A stretch of DNA of 64,000 nucleotides from Tortispora ganteri (Eukaryota). The notes beneath the pieces were generated by a model, which did not search any database, had not been told where the DNA came from, and saw nothing but the letters and a program-made list of their open reading frames with translations. Made by a program: the position numbers and the translations under genes. Positions 1 to 11,743 of this stretch are shown piece by piece; the stretch's first letter is position 1; the number at the start of each line of letters is the position of its first letter. The stretch spans positions 124,001 to 188,000 of the forward strand of contig PPNB01000015.1 of the NCBI GenBank assembly GCA_003707115.1, given 5' to 3'.

Positions 1-2493
1 TCATCTGTTCAATTAGGCAGTAATGTGTCTTCGGAAACGATTAGTATGCAGAGTCATTTGAATAGCTCCTCACCCGCTATTACGACTACGAACGTTTCTC
101 TTTCATCAAGTACTTATTACTCTTCTTCATCAAGCGTGATATCCAACTCTTTTTCTTCAATTGCTAGTTCTTCATCGAGTGCGTCTTCATCAATTACACT
201 ATCAAGTTCAGATATATCAAGCAGCAGTACCAGTTCGTCTTCAAGCGCATCATCGTCCAGCGCAACGCTTGAAGAAGATGTTTATAGAAGAATAACCGAC
301 GGAATGATGTTCAATATGATATCTACATCGGACTTCAATCCTGCGGATACATTAGGGACGGCACAGAATGTTGTACCCAAAGTCAACATGGTGTCTGACT
401 ATGCGACAACAGAGACCAATAAATTTTACGGTAACATGCTTGTGAACTTACAAGATTTTGGTATCTGGACTCACCCTTATAGCATTTATTATCTGAAAAA
501 CAATGCTGGCCTGGGTGTTATGTATCAAGATAGATCGCAGTATGTTTACAGTCCAGAGCTTACTGCAGTTGGAGCACATCGCTATTTTGCTGTTCCTATT
601 CGCGCTCCACAGCTTATATTCCAGGCGGTAGAAATATCTACTAGCGCAAGTCGATTTGTGCTCGAAAATCCCGCAATGATGTCAGTTGAATGTCATCTTG
701 TTAGCACAGCTGGTTCTAACCAAACAATGCAGCTATATGCGGTGCAAGGCATGGGATTGGCTACTACCAAGTATAAGAATACAACTCCCCGGGTAATTTC
801 TACATACGTGATAGAAAGTCTTACAGCTGGGCCTATTATCAACGGAACAATAAGTTCATATTATGTTAATGTTGATAATGGACCATCATCAAATTGGGTT
901 CTCTATGCTTTTATACCACCCGGAGCAACTGATGCGGGAGATCTCGTCCAATTGACTTTAATTGGGCAAGATATCCTTGCTTCCAAACAGTACGAAGAAG
1001 TTATTTTGCAGGTAGGAGTTATACCACCTGGAGGAGATGCAAGTGTGTACGACCAAGCTGCCGGATCATATGCCACTTGGGTGACAACATATGGAGAATA
1101 CGGAGGCGGAAGCGGTGTAGTGAAGTTGCAGTACTATGGCGAGAAGAATGAACGCCCTAATGTTCTGCAGTTTGCACTCCCTCATCATATGCAACTGTTT
1201 GATGCCGAAACAGAAGCACATGCAACTGCGCTGCAGCTATATTCCACGACCAAGGGACTTATGAGAGGTTATATTGGCAATGAACTCACCATGCGGAGTG
1301 TATTACCAAATCGCGGAAATATGTACTTTTTGCCAGGATCTTCATCTAGCGAATCGTCAATTGATCCACCAATTGTAAACTTACCTGCAGCGGTGAAAAA
1401 CCAGATTTCGCAGATCTTGCAAACAGAGACCGGGTTTGTTGATGATCCCGAAGAAATAGTAACGGATAATATTTATCAAGCATGTGCAACAGAAGTGAGC
1501 GTTTACTATGCAGGAAAATGTGTTGACAAGTATGCTTATCTAATGCTGGATGCGAAATTTGTGCTTCAAGATGATACATTAGCAAACAAGATTGCTGCTG
1601 GAGTAAAGAAAGTTTTAAATGGATGGATATCAAACACTATGATATCGCCATTGCGATATGAAACGGTGTACGGAGGTATAATAAATGGTGCAAATGTTGA
1701 TCAGCCTGGATTTGATTTCGGAAATGCCTATTACAATGACCATCAGTTCCATTACGGCTATTTTGTGCATGCAGCTGCCTGTCTAGGTCTTGTAGATCCA
1801 GATTGGGCTGCAGATACGACGAACCGACGATGGGTGGATGCGCTTGTAAGAGATTTCAGTAACCCGAATGAGGATGATACATTGTTTCCTGTATCGCGCT
1901 CATTCGATTGGTTCCATGGACATTCATGGGCTCAGGGACTTTTTGAGTCCGCCGATGGCAAAGATCAAGAATCTTCATCTGAAGACTATAATTCGGCACT
2001 TGGTCTTATGCTGTGGGGTATTATTACTGGTGATTCCGGCATGGAGCATCGGGCAGCTATGATGCTGGCAATGATGGAGAAGTCTTTTAACAGTTATTTC
2101 TTGTACGACAGCAGCAACACAGTTGAACCACCATCTTTTATTGCTAATAAAGTATCAGGAATCCTATTTGAAAACAAGATTGACCACGCTACATGGTTTG
2201 GAGATAAGATCGAGTATATTCAAGGAATTCACATGATACCGTTAACTCCTGCTAGTCAGTATGTGAGGAAATCAGCATTTGTTCAGCAAGAATGGGATGC
2301 ATGGTTTGTTCCAAATAACTATATTGATTCAGTGCAAAGTGGATGGACTGGAATTCTTTATCAGAACCTTGCTTTATATGATTCTGCTGCGTCATTTAAT
2401 TTCTTTTCCAACACGCCATACAACAGAAATTATATAGATCAAGGTTGTAGTTGGACACATTCATTGGTATGGGCTGCAATATTGAATCAATAA
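1..2493 (+). CDS. GH81 endo-1,3-beta-glucanase (Eng1/Dse4-like) with Ser/Thr-rich N-terminal region; 5'-partial
   Basis: Frame is open from base 1, so the true start is upstream of the window. Motifs TNKFYGNM, DFGNAYYNDHQFHYGY, RSFDWFHGHSWAQG, catalytic DGKDQESSSED and IQGIHMIPLTP. Confidence 0.92.
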   Translation, partial: SSVQLGSNVSSETISMQSHLNSSSPAITTTNVSLSSSTYYSSSSSVISNSFSSIASSSSSASSSITLSSSDISSSSTSSSSSASSSSATLEEDVYRRITDGMMFNMISTSDFNPADTLGTAQNVVPKVNMVSDYATTETNKFYGNMLVNLQDFGIWTHPYSIYYLKNNAGLGVMYQDRSQYVYSPELTAVGAHRYFAVPIRAPQLIFQAVEISTSASRFVLENPAMMSVECHLVSTAGSNQTMQLYAVQGMGLATTKYKNTTPRVISTYVIESLTAGPIINGTISSYYVNVDNGPSSNWVLYAFIPPGATDAGDLVQLTLIGQDILASKQYEEVILQVGVIPPGGDASVYDQAAGSYATWVTTYGEYGGGSGVVKLQYYGEKNERPNVLQFALPHHMQLFDAETEAHATALQLYSTTKGLMRGYIGNELTMRSVLPNRGNMYFLPGSSSSESSIDPPIVNLPAAVKNQISQILQTETGFVDDPEEIVTDNIYQACATEVSVYYAGKCVDKYAYLMLDAKFVLQDDTLANKIAAGVKKVLNGWISNTMISPLRYETVYGGIINGANVDQPGFDFGNAYYNDHQFHYGYFVHAAACLGLVDPDWAADTTNRRWVDALVRDFSNPNEDDTLFPVSRSFDWFHGHSWAQGLFESADGKDQESSSEDYNSALGLMLWGIITGDSGMEHRAAMMLAMMEKSFNSYFLYDSSNTVEPPSFIANKVSGILFENKIDHATWFGDKIEYIQGIHMIPLTPASQYVRKSAFVQQEWDAWFVPNNYIDSVQSGWTGILYQNLALYDSAASFNFFSNTPYNRNYIDQGCSWTHSLVWAAILNQ

Positions 2494-2612
2494 TAGAATA
2501 ATTATAATTGAGCTTTATTAATGAAATTACTATAAACGCCGTAAAGTGTATATAACTGAAGGAACATTGTATACCACCTCAATGAACTCTAATAGTAACC
2601 TTGTAATTAGAT

Positions 2613-4076
2613 ATGACTAAAATTGTAAAGAAGTCTCGACATGCTAATACTCCAATAAAAAAGACTACGAAAACGAAACAATCAAGTCGATCAAAAGTAA
2701 AAGAAGAGCCTAAACCTATATTATACCAGATTGTTGACAATTTGCCGACATCTTTAGAACCACCAGATTATGCGAAACTCGAGGAACCTGTTGAACTACC
2801 TTTAAAGACATTAAGTGAATTACTTATCAAATCACGTAAAACATGGATATCTGGAAGAATATTTAGTAAATATTGGTCACGAAGAATTGCAAGAGTGCGA
2901 AAAGTCATGCCTGGAGATGCTCATAGAGAGAAATTGTCAAAAATTTGTGAATGTACAATGAGTAATGGTATTCATTTGTATGATGTGAGAATATACATGC
3001 AACGTGATTTATATACGCAAGAGAATCCTCAAAGTGAACAAATTAATGAAAAAGATTCTAAAGAGGATAAATCGGAACCAATAGAAATCAAAGATACAAG
3101 CAAAGAACAACGAGATAAAGTACCTGAAAATGATGGTACAACCGAAAACCTGGAAGTATCATCCACAGAAGCTAAATCATCTGTAGCAAAAGCAGCAGTA
3201 CCAGTACAAGAGAAACCTAGTGAGTCTAACCCCGATCTAAGACCTGATAATCTAGAATTGATTGAATTGTTGAGGAGTCTGGCAAATGATGATCCTGTTC
3301 TAATGGAACGAATGCAGTCTCTAGCAGCAGGTAGATCATCTGCTGAAGAATTACAAGAGTTTCATGTATATTGCAGTGAATTAACTAAAGCTTTGGCTAA
3401 TCGCCATACAGATCCTTCAAATCAAATGCCTTTTCCAAGATTTTCAACGGTATTACATTCTCAACCTAAACATGGGTTAGAGTCGCTACCTCAACCGCCT
3501 AAAGCACCTACACCACCACCACCTAAAGCTCCAGATCCTTATGGTATGGTCTTTGAGTACAAAGAAAGTAGTGCTGATCGGTTCTTCTTCCCACGACATG
3601 CAATTATTGAAGGAGTATCAGCGACTGAAGCACGCGTGTCGTTTCTTGCCGTATACATCGAGATCTCGGACAGCGAAGCGAAAAAACTCGAAGAAAATAA
3701 GAAATTCGATTTAGACCTTAAGATTGAGAATCTCATTCAGAATAGGTTTAGCTTAAAATTGAATGATCCTGCAGGTCCAGGATCAAAAAAGAAATTTGGT
3801 TTGCTAGATGACATGTGTGATCGAGGCCCTAAGCAGCTGGAGAATTTTGCAGATATTCTTCAGTCACTCAAAGATGACCGAGAAGGATACTACATTCCAG
3901 TTACGTTCTCGTTAACAGACGTTAATGAAAAGGCTATTGAACAGTTAAAACTCGGCACATTTTCTCCAGAAAAGTCTGCTGAATTTATGGATTCGATATT
4001 CGATCGTTTCAAGCTTTTACCTATCTACCATCTCTGGATGAAAGTCAACCAAGCAGACCTTGAAGCCCTTGATTAA
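2613..4076 (+). CDS. SWC3: SWR1 complex subunit Swc3-like protein
   Basis: 487 aa. LIKSRKTWISGRIFSKYW, KICECTM..GIHLYDVRIY and VFEYKESSADRFFFPRHAIIE resemble Swc3 conserved blocks (recognised by eye). Confidence 0.65.
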   Translation: MTKIVKKSRHANTPIKKTTKTKQSSRSKVKEEPKPILYQIVDNLPTSLEPPDYAKLEEPVELPLKTLSELLIKSRKTWISGRIFSKYWSRRIARVRKVMPGDAHREKLSKICECTMSNGIHLYDVRIYMQRDLYTQENPQSEQINEKDSKEDKSEPIEIKDTSKEQRDKVPENDGTTENLEVSSTEAKSSVAKAAVPVQEKPSESNPDLRPDNLELIELLRSLANDDPVLMERMQSLAAGRSSAEELQEFHVYCSELTKALANRHTDPSNQMPFPRFSTVLHSQPKHGLESLPQPPKAPTPPPPKAPDPYGMVFEYKESSADRFFFPRHAIIEGVSATEARVSFLAVYIEISDSEAKKLEENKKFDLDLKIENLIQNRFSLKLNDPAGPGSKKKFGLLDDMCDRGPKQLENFADILQSLKDDREGYYIPVTFSLTDVNEKAIEQLKLGTFSPEKSAEFMDSIFDRFKLLPIYHLWMKVNQADLEALD

Positions 4077-4144
4077 ACAATCTCTTTATAGAGAAAAGTA
4101 TATATATATTTATACAAAATAGCACATCGACAGGATTGAAAGTT

Positions 4145-6259
4145 TCAGTCAGACACTTTATTCTGACATATGGGTTTCTGCTTTACTTTCTTTACCTTCT
4201 CGGCAAATCGTAAAGAAGATAATGTTTCTTGTTTATGAACAAGAGCGGGACTGATGTTAACCAAAACCAATGTCTTCGCCGATCCACCTAGAAAAAACTT
4301 CAGCAGATAAGTCAGTTTCGAGTTCCGGTAAGGAATATGCGCAGAGTTACCAGGAACAAGGGCATCAATAACATTGACAAATGCACTCAAGCTTTTGTTA
4401 ATACTTCCAGTCTCCCGCATTCTATTAGCTGAATCACACGACTGAATCGCTCTTTCTGACCCAGCCAAATCAGCCAGAGTTAAACAAGAACTAGTTTTGG
4501 CACCAGTTTTAGAATTAGAACCATTAAGATGGATCATAAATATGGCATGTGAACGAGAAGAGACTTGATTTGACTCGGTGGGCGCCATTGTCCTTCGTTT
4601 GATAGCATTTTCTAAAGCAGAGATCAACTCTGCAGGTGAGTTAAACTGTTTTGTGGTTAGATTCTTAACAGTTGTGACTTTGGATTTCTCATCATGTAAT
4701 ATATCATAACCTTTGTTAACTGGCAATTGTTTTTCCTTCACCATAAGGTCTCGAATGGCTTCGTTATACAGTTCGAGAAATTGACATTCAATCACGAACG
4801 CCCATCCACTGTCTTTCATACTCGAAATAATATCAAACAGATAGTTAGCAGTTTTTGGCATAATACTATTCTCTTGTGCAAGCATAGTATAAGTCTTACC
4901 TGAACCTGTTTGGCCATAAGCAAGAATGCAAACATTATATCCATCAACTGCACTGTGAATGAGCTGAGCAACTTCAGGGAAAATTGAGTCATTCCCACAG
5001 TCTGGAGTAAACACTTTGTCGTACTCAAATGATTTGTCTAAAGCTTTTCCATTTAGCTGTGAAACAACAAATGAACGTTGGTCTGGGTCGGGGACGTTAT
5101 AGGAAATAAGCTCGCTTTCATGTTGCGGAGGCCGTATACGGAGAAAAACACGCATATTTCCTTTGAGAGTCATATTCTCTTCCCTAAGGACACTTAAGGC
5201 TTTGTCCTTTTCTTGTATACATTTAACTAGATTGTCATTTTCGGCCTTGAACCTTGATAATTCGGTACTGGAATCTAGCAAGATCGGCTGCTGCTTCAGT
5301 TGCTTTTGGTGTACTGCCAACGTAGTTTGAAGTCTTTCAAGTTCCTGTTGGTAGCGCTCAATGTCTTCCTGACAGCCATTTAAAGCTTTGTTTTTCTCTC
5401 TTATAATTCTTCGGAGCGATTCAGTTTCATCAGAAAGCTTCTTCATTTCACGCTTTAATGAAGAGCAGTCTTTTTTAAGTTGCTCGTTTGTGTCCTTGAG
5501 GAGTTTGTTGTCATTGATAGCCTCTTGCAGTTTAGATTCTACTGGAGCAATTTCAGCGCTTTTAGCGTTCAATTGATCAATATACTTAGCCGTGACAGCT
5601 TCGAGTTCTTCACGACAATGCTGCAACGATAGATCAAGGGTTTCTTTTTCATTGCGTAACACAGATATAGTCGAGTTAGCCTGAATTTCACGATCAGCAT
5701 ACGACTCTTTTAATTTACGATGTTCCTCATCTCGCTGCTGGTATATTTCGTTCTTAAATTGAATGCGCGCTTCAAGTTCGCGTTCAAAGTATTTCTCGCG
5801 ATCTGCTATATGTTCAGCCTTCAACTTTTGTAACTGTTCCGAGTACTTTCTTTCAAGATCTGAACGTAGGTGATTTTGCGAAAGCTCATTTTCCTTTTCT
5901 TTGAAAGCAAGTGAAGCAGCAATGCTCTGATTTTTTTTTCTCAGATCTTCGATTTCGGCTTTAGATGAGGCTAACATAGACGATGTCGATTCCAATTCTG
6001 TTTGCAGACGTTTAATGTGTGAATTTTGGCTTTCTAGTATATTTGAAATATATGAAGGATTATCAAGCAAAAGTTCCTCAAGATTTTCAAGGCGTAAACG
6101 GAGATCCCATTTAGGATTGTTGTGTGGGTCTTTCACCACTTGCGTGGATGATTTAAGAGAATTCAAAGTATTCTCAGATACAGCACGCAGGACTGAAGTA
6201 GAAGTGGGATCTTTAAAATGCGAATTTTTCATATTTCCATTACTCATATTTTTGTTCAT
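4145..6259 (-). CDS. KAR3: Kinesin-14 (C-terminal motor) Kar3-like
   Basis: Long coiled coil, then neck LKGNMRVFLRIRP, P-loop GQTGSGKT, SSRSH, DLAGSER and HIPYRNSKLT. First ATG is at 6259 (the ORF track starts at a TTG). Confidence 0.88.
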   Translation of the reverse strand: MNKNMSNGNMKNSHFKDPTSTSVLRAVSENTLNSLKSSTQVVKDPHNNPKWDLRLRLENLEELLLDNPSYISNILESQNSHIKRLQTELESTSSMLASSKAEIEDLRKKNQSIAASLAFKEKENELSQNHLRSDLERKYSEQLQKLKAEHIADREKYFERELEARIQFKNEIYQQRDEEHRKLKESYADREIQANSTISVLRNEKETLDLSLQHCREELEAVTAKYIDQLNAKSAEIAPVESKLQEAINDNKLLKDTNEQLKKDCSSLKREMKKLSDETESLRRIIREKNKALNGCQEDIERYQQELERLQTTLAVHQKQLKQQPILLDSSTELSRFKAENDNLVKCIQEKDKALSVLREENMTLKGNMRVFLRIRPPQHESELISYNVPDPDQRSFVVSQLNGKALDKSFEYDKVFTPDCGNDSIFPEVAQLIHSAVDGYNVCILAYGQTGSGKTYTMLAQENSIMPKTANYLFDIISSMKDSGWAFVIECQFLELYNEAIRDLMVKEKQLPVNKGYDILHDEKSKVTTVKNLTTKQFNSPAELISALENAIKRRTMAPTESNQVSSRSHAIFMIHLNGSNSKTGAKTSSCLTLADLAGSERAIQSCDSANRMRETGSINKSLSAFVNVIDALVPGNSAHIPYRNSKLTYLLKFFLGGSAKTLVLVNISPALVHKQETLSSLRFAEKVKKVKQKPICQNKVSD

Positions 6260-6889
6260 TTTTCTGATCAAATCGGAGCAATGGATCGCGATTAAGTACT
6301 TGAATAACGTGATGATAGGTAGATGTAGATTGTATACTGTATGAATATTTTTGTTTGTTGTATGTATGTCCCAAAAGGGAAACGCCTATTCCATATACCG
6401 TTACAACCGCTGTGTACCAGGTACATTAATTTATGTAATTATTATAGATAGTAAAATACACAAAACATATTGCTATATAATATTTCTAATAGTAGTGAGA
6501 AATATAATCTTAACTCATCTACAGATAAACTGCTAGAGATGTTTTTGTATTAATACCAGGCAATCATAAGACTGCTGAAACCTAAATAGCCGCAAATCAC
6601 GAACCCTTTGAGCAGTACTTACACCACTAACTGCCACCCACTTCTTCCTCAGAAATTTGTTGCTTTAATCTTAGAGATTGTGGTTTTACAGTTCGCTCTG
6701 AAACTTTACTAAGGTCGAAGTTTTAGGAAGTTCGATCTGTTTAATTATTTTAGTTTTCTGCTTATTCAAATTCTCGATCAGTAGCCTAGACTTAAAGCAA
6801 GACATCAGACTTGCAAGAAACTATAGAACTTCACTCTGAACAGCTTAACGACATTTTCTACTTAAAATTGGAAATATTAATTTTCTTGT

Positions 6890-8458
6890 ATGAAGCAAAG
6901 TGGTGGCTTTTTGCTGACAGATTTGCCCCCTGAGGTCATTCACTCTATAGTGTCTTACATTGACGATTCAAATGACTTATTTCACACTATGTTAACATGC
7001 AAAGCGTTGACTGCGCCATGCATTAGAGAACTATGGACTAACCCTCTATTATCAACATACGATGACCTTCAGGGTATTGTTAAAATACTGCATTCAGATC
7101 ACTGCATTATGCCTTATCATAAGATTATACGAAGGCTTAAGTTGGATCGTCTTGGTAAGGAGATCAGCGAAGAGGATCTAATTAAAATTGCTAAATGCAC
7201 TACTTTAGACTATGTTCATATGCCGTTATGTCAGAATATTAAGGGCTATGGGCTTCAATGCTTATTAGTTAGAAATAGCAAAATTAGCCATCTTGATCTC
7301 ACAGACGGAATGAATATTAAATCAGAATCACTATCTTACATTGGTCGATGTACTGAACTGCTAACACTCACATTGACCAGATGCATTAACCTAGATGATA
7401 ATACATTGCTCAAAATTGTTAGTCAGTGCCCAAATTTGCGTCGACTTGATGTGAAAGGTTGTGATTTGATTACTTGGAGAGTTATTGAAGCTGTGACTCG
7501 TCTATGCCCTCTTCTTAAGTCGTTTTCTTTCGGAAATATTCAATTCTCTCTGCCAGCAGAACTGCTCGAAATTATTCTACTGAGGCTCACATCACTTCGT
7601 GAATTAAATCTTTCTTTGATCCGCAGTTTGTCAAATCATACATTATCAAACTTACCGGTTGGCATCACATTCAGAAAGCTTCGTATAATAGATTTCAGTG
7701 GATGTTCAGACTTGTCGGATCAGGGCGTGTTACATATTGTGCAATCAGCGCCCTGCTTGAGTCGTGTTTCACTTGGGAAATGTAATCTTACTGACAAAGG
7801 GTTGTCTTATTTGAGTAAACTAGCCTCTGAACTGCATTTAATATCTTTAGCACACTGCACTGCTATCACCGACGAAGGTGTAAATATGCTTGTCCGTTCT
7901 TGCACTCGCATAAGATACCTTGATTTTACATCTTGCAACCAGTTAACCGACAATTGTGTGCGTAGCATATCTGAGCTGCCTAAACTGCGGAGGCTGGGGC
8001 TAGTGAGGTGCGGTCGTATTACCGACACTTCATTGTACTTCTTACGTCGCAGGACGTTCGCTGAGAATACTTTGGAAAGACTCCACCTTTCATATTGTGA
8101 ACGCCTCAGCATACATGGTTTACTTGAGCTTCTTAACTGCGCACCAAGACTACGACATATCAGTCTAACTGGAATTCCGGCTTTCATGCGAAGGGACATA
8201 ATTAAGTTCTCGCGAACGTCTTTAGACGGTTTGACACAACACCAGAGACAAATGTTTTGCGTGATTATCGGTGAAGAGGTGAAAGCTTTAAGAAACTATT
8301 TGCAGACTATATCAATGCCCACTGGTTCATTTGGAATATCATTTGAGAATGATGTGGAGATGTTCCCACCATTTGCTCCTAACAATTTCCAAGGCGCTTT
8401 AGCTGATGAACAAGAAAGCGACCAGGCTGAAGGTATCAGATTGCAATTGCTTTATTGA
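6890..8458 (+). CDS. GRR1: F-box/leucine-rich-repeat protein, Grr1-like SCF substrate adaptor
   Basis: N-terminal F-box (LPPEVIHSIVSY), many cysteine-containing LRRs, and Grr1-type C-terminal LRRs (LPKLRRLGLVRC, LERLHLSYC, HISLTGIPAF, QHQRQMFCV). Confidence 0.8.
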   Translation: MKQSGGFLLTDLPPEVIHSIVSYIDDSNDLFHTMLTCKALTAPCIRELWTNPLLSTYDDLQGIVKILHSDHCIMPYHKIIRRLKLDRLGKEISEEDLIKIAKCTTLDYVHMPLCQNIKGYGLQCLLVRNSKISHLDLTDGMNIKSESLSYIGRCTELLTLTLTRCINLDDNTLLKIVSQCPNLRRLDVKGCDLITWRVIEAVTRLCPLLKSFSFGNIQFSLPAELLEIILLRLTSLRELNLSLIRSLSNHTLSNLPVGITFRKLRIIDFSGCSDLSDQGVLHIVQSAPCLSRVSLGKCNLTDKGLSYLSKLASELHLISLAHCTAITDEGVNMLVRSCTRIRYLDFTSCNQLTDNCVRSISELPKLRRLGLVRCGRITDTSLYFLRRRTFAENTLERLHLSYCERLSIHGLLELLNCAPRLRHISLTGIPAFMRRDIIKFSRTSLDGLTQHQRQMFCVIIGEEVKALRNYLQTISMPTGSFGISFENDVEMFPPFAPNNFQGALADEQESDQAEGIRLQLLY

Positions 8459-8699
8459 GATCAAAAGATTTATTTATTTTATATCAATGACAATTTCTTA
8501 ATGGCATTAAGGGCGCTATTATTTCGGCGATTCTGATTGCCATTTTCTTGCTTATACTAATTTACCCTGCCATACAAGCCACCGATTTGAATCTGTCTTC
8601 ACAACCACTGAACACACTACAGACAAAACAACAACTGAAAAACAAATAATAACTAGCTGTTTATCTCGCTAGGGATTTTGTAAATTGCATGCATATAAT

Positions 8700-11630
8700 A
8701 TGAAAAACTATGAATTGGGGCACCCCCAACCACAATTTGCGGGTACGGCCCGGAAGAATAGATACAGAAGTTCGTCACTCATTCATGATAGATTTAATAT
8801 CGATACTAGCATTACAGATAGCCTTAGTCGATTGCTTGCTAAAATTTACAGTCAATGGGGATTTTTAAAATCAGAATCATTTAATCCTATTCAGATAGCC
8901 TTGGAGTTAGGAGATTCTTCTTCTGTGGGGCGTGCGCATGAACTTCCTGCTCTACGAAAAGCAGCTTCTGAGCTAGAAAAGGCTCTTGGTTGGACAGTAG
9001 AACAGAACTATCAAGAATTTAGTAACGCCATTACGAATTATCACAGTATGCTTGCAGCTGTGGAATCTAGTCGAGCTGAATTAGCAGAGATTAAGAACCT
9101 AATAAAAACTGCTGACGCCCTTAGTGAATATCCTATTCGTGACTTGGAAGCATTGCAGCAATCTTCGTTAAACCTTTCAAAGTACCTTGCACAGCTAGAC
9201 AGCTTAGCCGATTTGAAAGCTAGACCAGAGCGTATTGACCAATACATAACCTTGAAACGATACTTGAAAGCAGCAACAACTATACGCGAAACTCTTCGAG
9301 CTATTGAATCTCATGGTTCTGCACTGACACCAGCACTCAGAGATATTCGATCACAAGTTTTGAAACAAGAAGACATATTATCCGAAATAATGAATGACGA
9401 ACTAGCTAATCTCATATATCTGAAAAATCGCACACTCGATAGCTACTGGCAGGAGCTTAAGCGACCAATATCTGACGGCCAGTTAAATATTGATGCTGAT
9501 AGTATCATATCTCGTGTACGTTCTGAACAATCTGCATCTGAATCAGACTTGTGTAAGTACATGGTGTTTCTATTACTATCTACATATCGCCTGAAAAATA
9601 ACATCACTGTTGCTATCGATTATGTTTACAGACGAGCAGGCCTTGAATTCTATAAACAACTCCAGCAAATCATCTCAGATTCTAAGAAACTGCATAAAAT
9701 TGGAGACACAATACCAAGAAAACCCGATTTAGATCATAATTGGACGCGCGATCCTTTGTCTGAAAATATTGTCAGAATGCTTACGAGCGAAGTCGCCGCA
9801 AAGTATGCTGGTTTGATTCGAGCTCAAGTAGCTCTTTCCGTTCTTGCACCTGCAGTATCTTCTGCACTAGGTGGTGCTAAAATTTCGTATGACATTACCG
9901 GAGTATGGAATATCATGGAGAGCTATCTTTCTCGATTTATTTCTCAGTATTTAGGCATCCAAATATCTGAAAAATCTAGATCTTTGGTAAAGAGACCTAA
10001 CAAATCCGCAAAAGGCAAAAGTATGGTTTCTAACACTGATATTTTCTTATTTTCAGATTGCTCCTCCGATGATCCACTTTTTGGAGGCATTAAGGCTGCA
10101 CTAAAGGATATCATACCTGGTGTGGCTAATATTGACTTCAGTGCGACAGAATCTTTGGTGTTAGCCATTAAGGATGTTAATGCACAAGAGTTTGATGTTA
10201 TTGTTGCGCCTAGCGTATTTAATATGAAACCATTATTAGATGGATTGCTTTTATTTTCAAGTAACTGCAAACTAATAACTGCACGTTACTCTGCGATTGC
10301 GTCTGGAAATTATTTGGAACGTTTTCTTAATAGTCAATACTTCCCTTATTTGGAGAGCACAGTCCAGCTAGTTTATGGGGAAAAGGCGCATGCGCCTTCC
10401 AACTCGAAGTGCAGTACAAATTGGGAGAAAATTGCTAAATTTCCAATAACTACTGGTGCGGTATTGGCAGCTGAATGGATGGAAAAGTTTTGGATGGCAC
10501 AGGAACCTACTTTAGGAGTGTTTATGGTTAATGTGAATCCTTTAGTGATGGTTCTCGAAGAGTTCTTACTAGCAAATCGAAATACCTTTGATGAAATAAC
10601 TAATGGATCACGAGATGTTCTTTCACAATCTAGCAAAGGGCGAGAGCAGAGTTCAATGAAAATTGCTCGAATTTGGGCCAAGGATACCAAATATTTAAAT
10701 ATAATGACTAATAAGCTGCGTGCTATTTGTGGTAATCAGTCAGTCAATGTGGAGGATACGAACATTGAAGATTTTGAACAGATTCAATATGCTTTGACTG
10801 AGTCCACAGAAATTCAACAAAGTCAATTGCTTTCTATGGAATCATTTTCCTCCATGGCAATATTATATACCAGTTCTAACTGGTTACTGGAGAAACTGGA
10901 GAACTTATGCATAGAAGCTGAGCGAACGATACGCATAAAACTGGCAGTTTCAAGGAATAAAGATGAAGAGAAGTCTTCAGAGCGACCCAATTTTTCTATT
11001 TTGCGGAGCATCCGAGATGATTTGCGTTCATTTGCTATTGAATGTTTGTTTGTTTTACGATGTGATCTGCGTGCACGTTCTTTGTATTATCTTACACAAT
11101 CTGTGGTGGACAGTAGTTATAACGTCCAACCAGGGCAAGAAGACCGCGATATTTACATCGGTTTACTGGATAACGATATTGTGAGTTTTGATGAGGTTTT
11201 GCAAAAGAGTATTCCATGGCATGAGCGATCATTTGTGAAAGCTGGTTTGCACTCGCTTATGGACAATATGATTGTTAGATCTTCGAAGAAGATTGATGTG
11301 ATTAATGGCACAGGGGTCCGAAAAATATACAGTAACATAGTTTCGTTGCAGCAGACATTAAAATTTGTGGTGAATACTCCTGCCGATATTGTGTTTGTTC
11401 GATCTACGGCTTATTTTAAGCTATTTACTTTATCGCCTGCGGATCTGCTGGAGAAATTAAAGACGGAGAAATTAGCGTATACGTACGAGGAGTTGAAGAC
11501 GTTAATTGAACTGATGTATAGTCATACTATCTATCAGTTTGCAGCAGTAGGCGGCAGTGAGGTGATTGCGGCGAGAACGAGCCTGAATGATCATCTCATT
11601 CAGTTACAGGAGACGGTAGGGTTTGAGTGA
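8700..11630 (+). CDS. SEC8: Exocyst subunit Sec8
   Basis: N-terminal W.FL.SE.FNPIQIALEL.DSSSVGRAH, V..NYQEF.NAI..YH and C-terminal NI.SLQQ.LK. First ATG is at 8700. Confidence 0.88.
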   Translation: MKNYELGHPQPQFAGTARKNRYRSSSLIHDRFNIDTSITDSLSRLLAKIYSQWGFLKSESFNPIQIALELGDSSSVGRAHELPALRKAASELEKALGWTVEQNYQEFSNAITNYHSMLAAVESSRAELAEIKNLIKTADALSEYPIRDLEALQQSSLNLSKYLAQLDSLADLKARPERIDQYITLKRYLKAATTIRETLRAIESHGSALTPALRDIRSQVLKQEDILSEIMNDELANLIYLKNRTLDSYWQELKRPISDGQLNIDADSIISRVRSEQSASESDLCKYMVFLLLSTYRLKNNITVAIDYVYRRAGLEFYKQLQQIISDSKKLHKIGDTIPRKPDLDHNWTRDPLSENIVRMLTSEVAAKYAGLIRAQVALSVLAPAVSSALGGAKISYDITGVWNIMESYLSRFISQYLGIQISEKSRSLVKRPNKSAKGKSMVSNTDIFLFSDCSSDDPLFGGIKAALKDIIPGVANIDFSATESLVLAIKDVNAQEFDVIVAPSVFNMKPLLDGLLLFSSNCKLITARYSAIASGNYLERFLNSQYFPYLESTVQLVYGEKAHAPSNSKCSTNWEKIAKFPITTGAVLAAEWMEKFWMAQEPTLGVFMVNVNPLVMVLEEFLLANRNTFDEITNGSRDVLSQSSKGREQSSMKIARIWAKDTKYLNIMTNKLRAICGNQSVNVEDTNIEDFEQIQYALTESTEIQQSQLLSMESFSSMAILYTSSNWLLEKLENLCIEAERTIRIKLAVSRNKDEEKSSERPNFSILRSIRDDLRSFAIECLFVLRCDLRARSLYYLTQSVVDSSYNVQPGQEDRDIYIGLLDNDIVSFDEVLQKSIPWHERSFVKAGLHSLMDNMIVRSSKKIDVINGTGVRKIYSNIVSLQQTLKFVVNTPADIVFVRSTAYFKLFTLSPADLLEKLKTEKLAYTYEELKTLIELMYSHTIYQFAAVGGSEVIAARTSLNDHLIQLQETVGFE

Positions 11631-11743
11631 TATCGACGCAGTAATTATATAATTGTACGATGGTTAAGAGTAGAAACAATAATATGTATGATGCTAGAAG
11701 ATGATATTGTTTATACGAAATGAGAGTGATGATGCACTTAAGC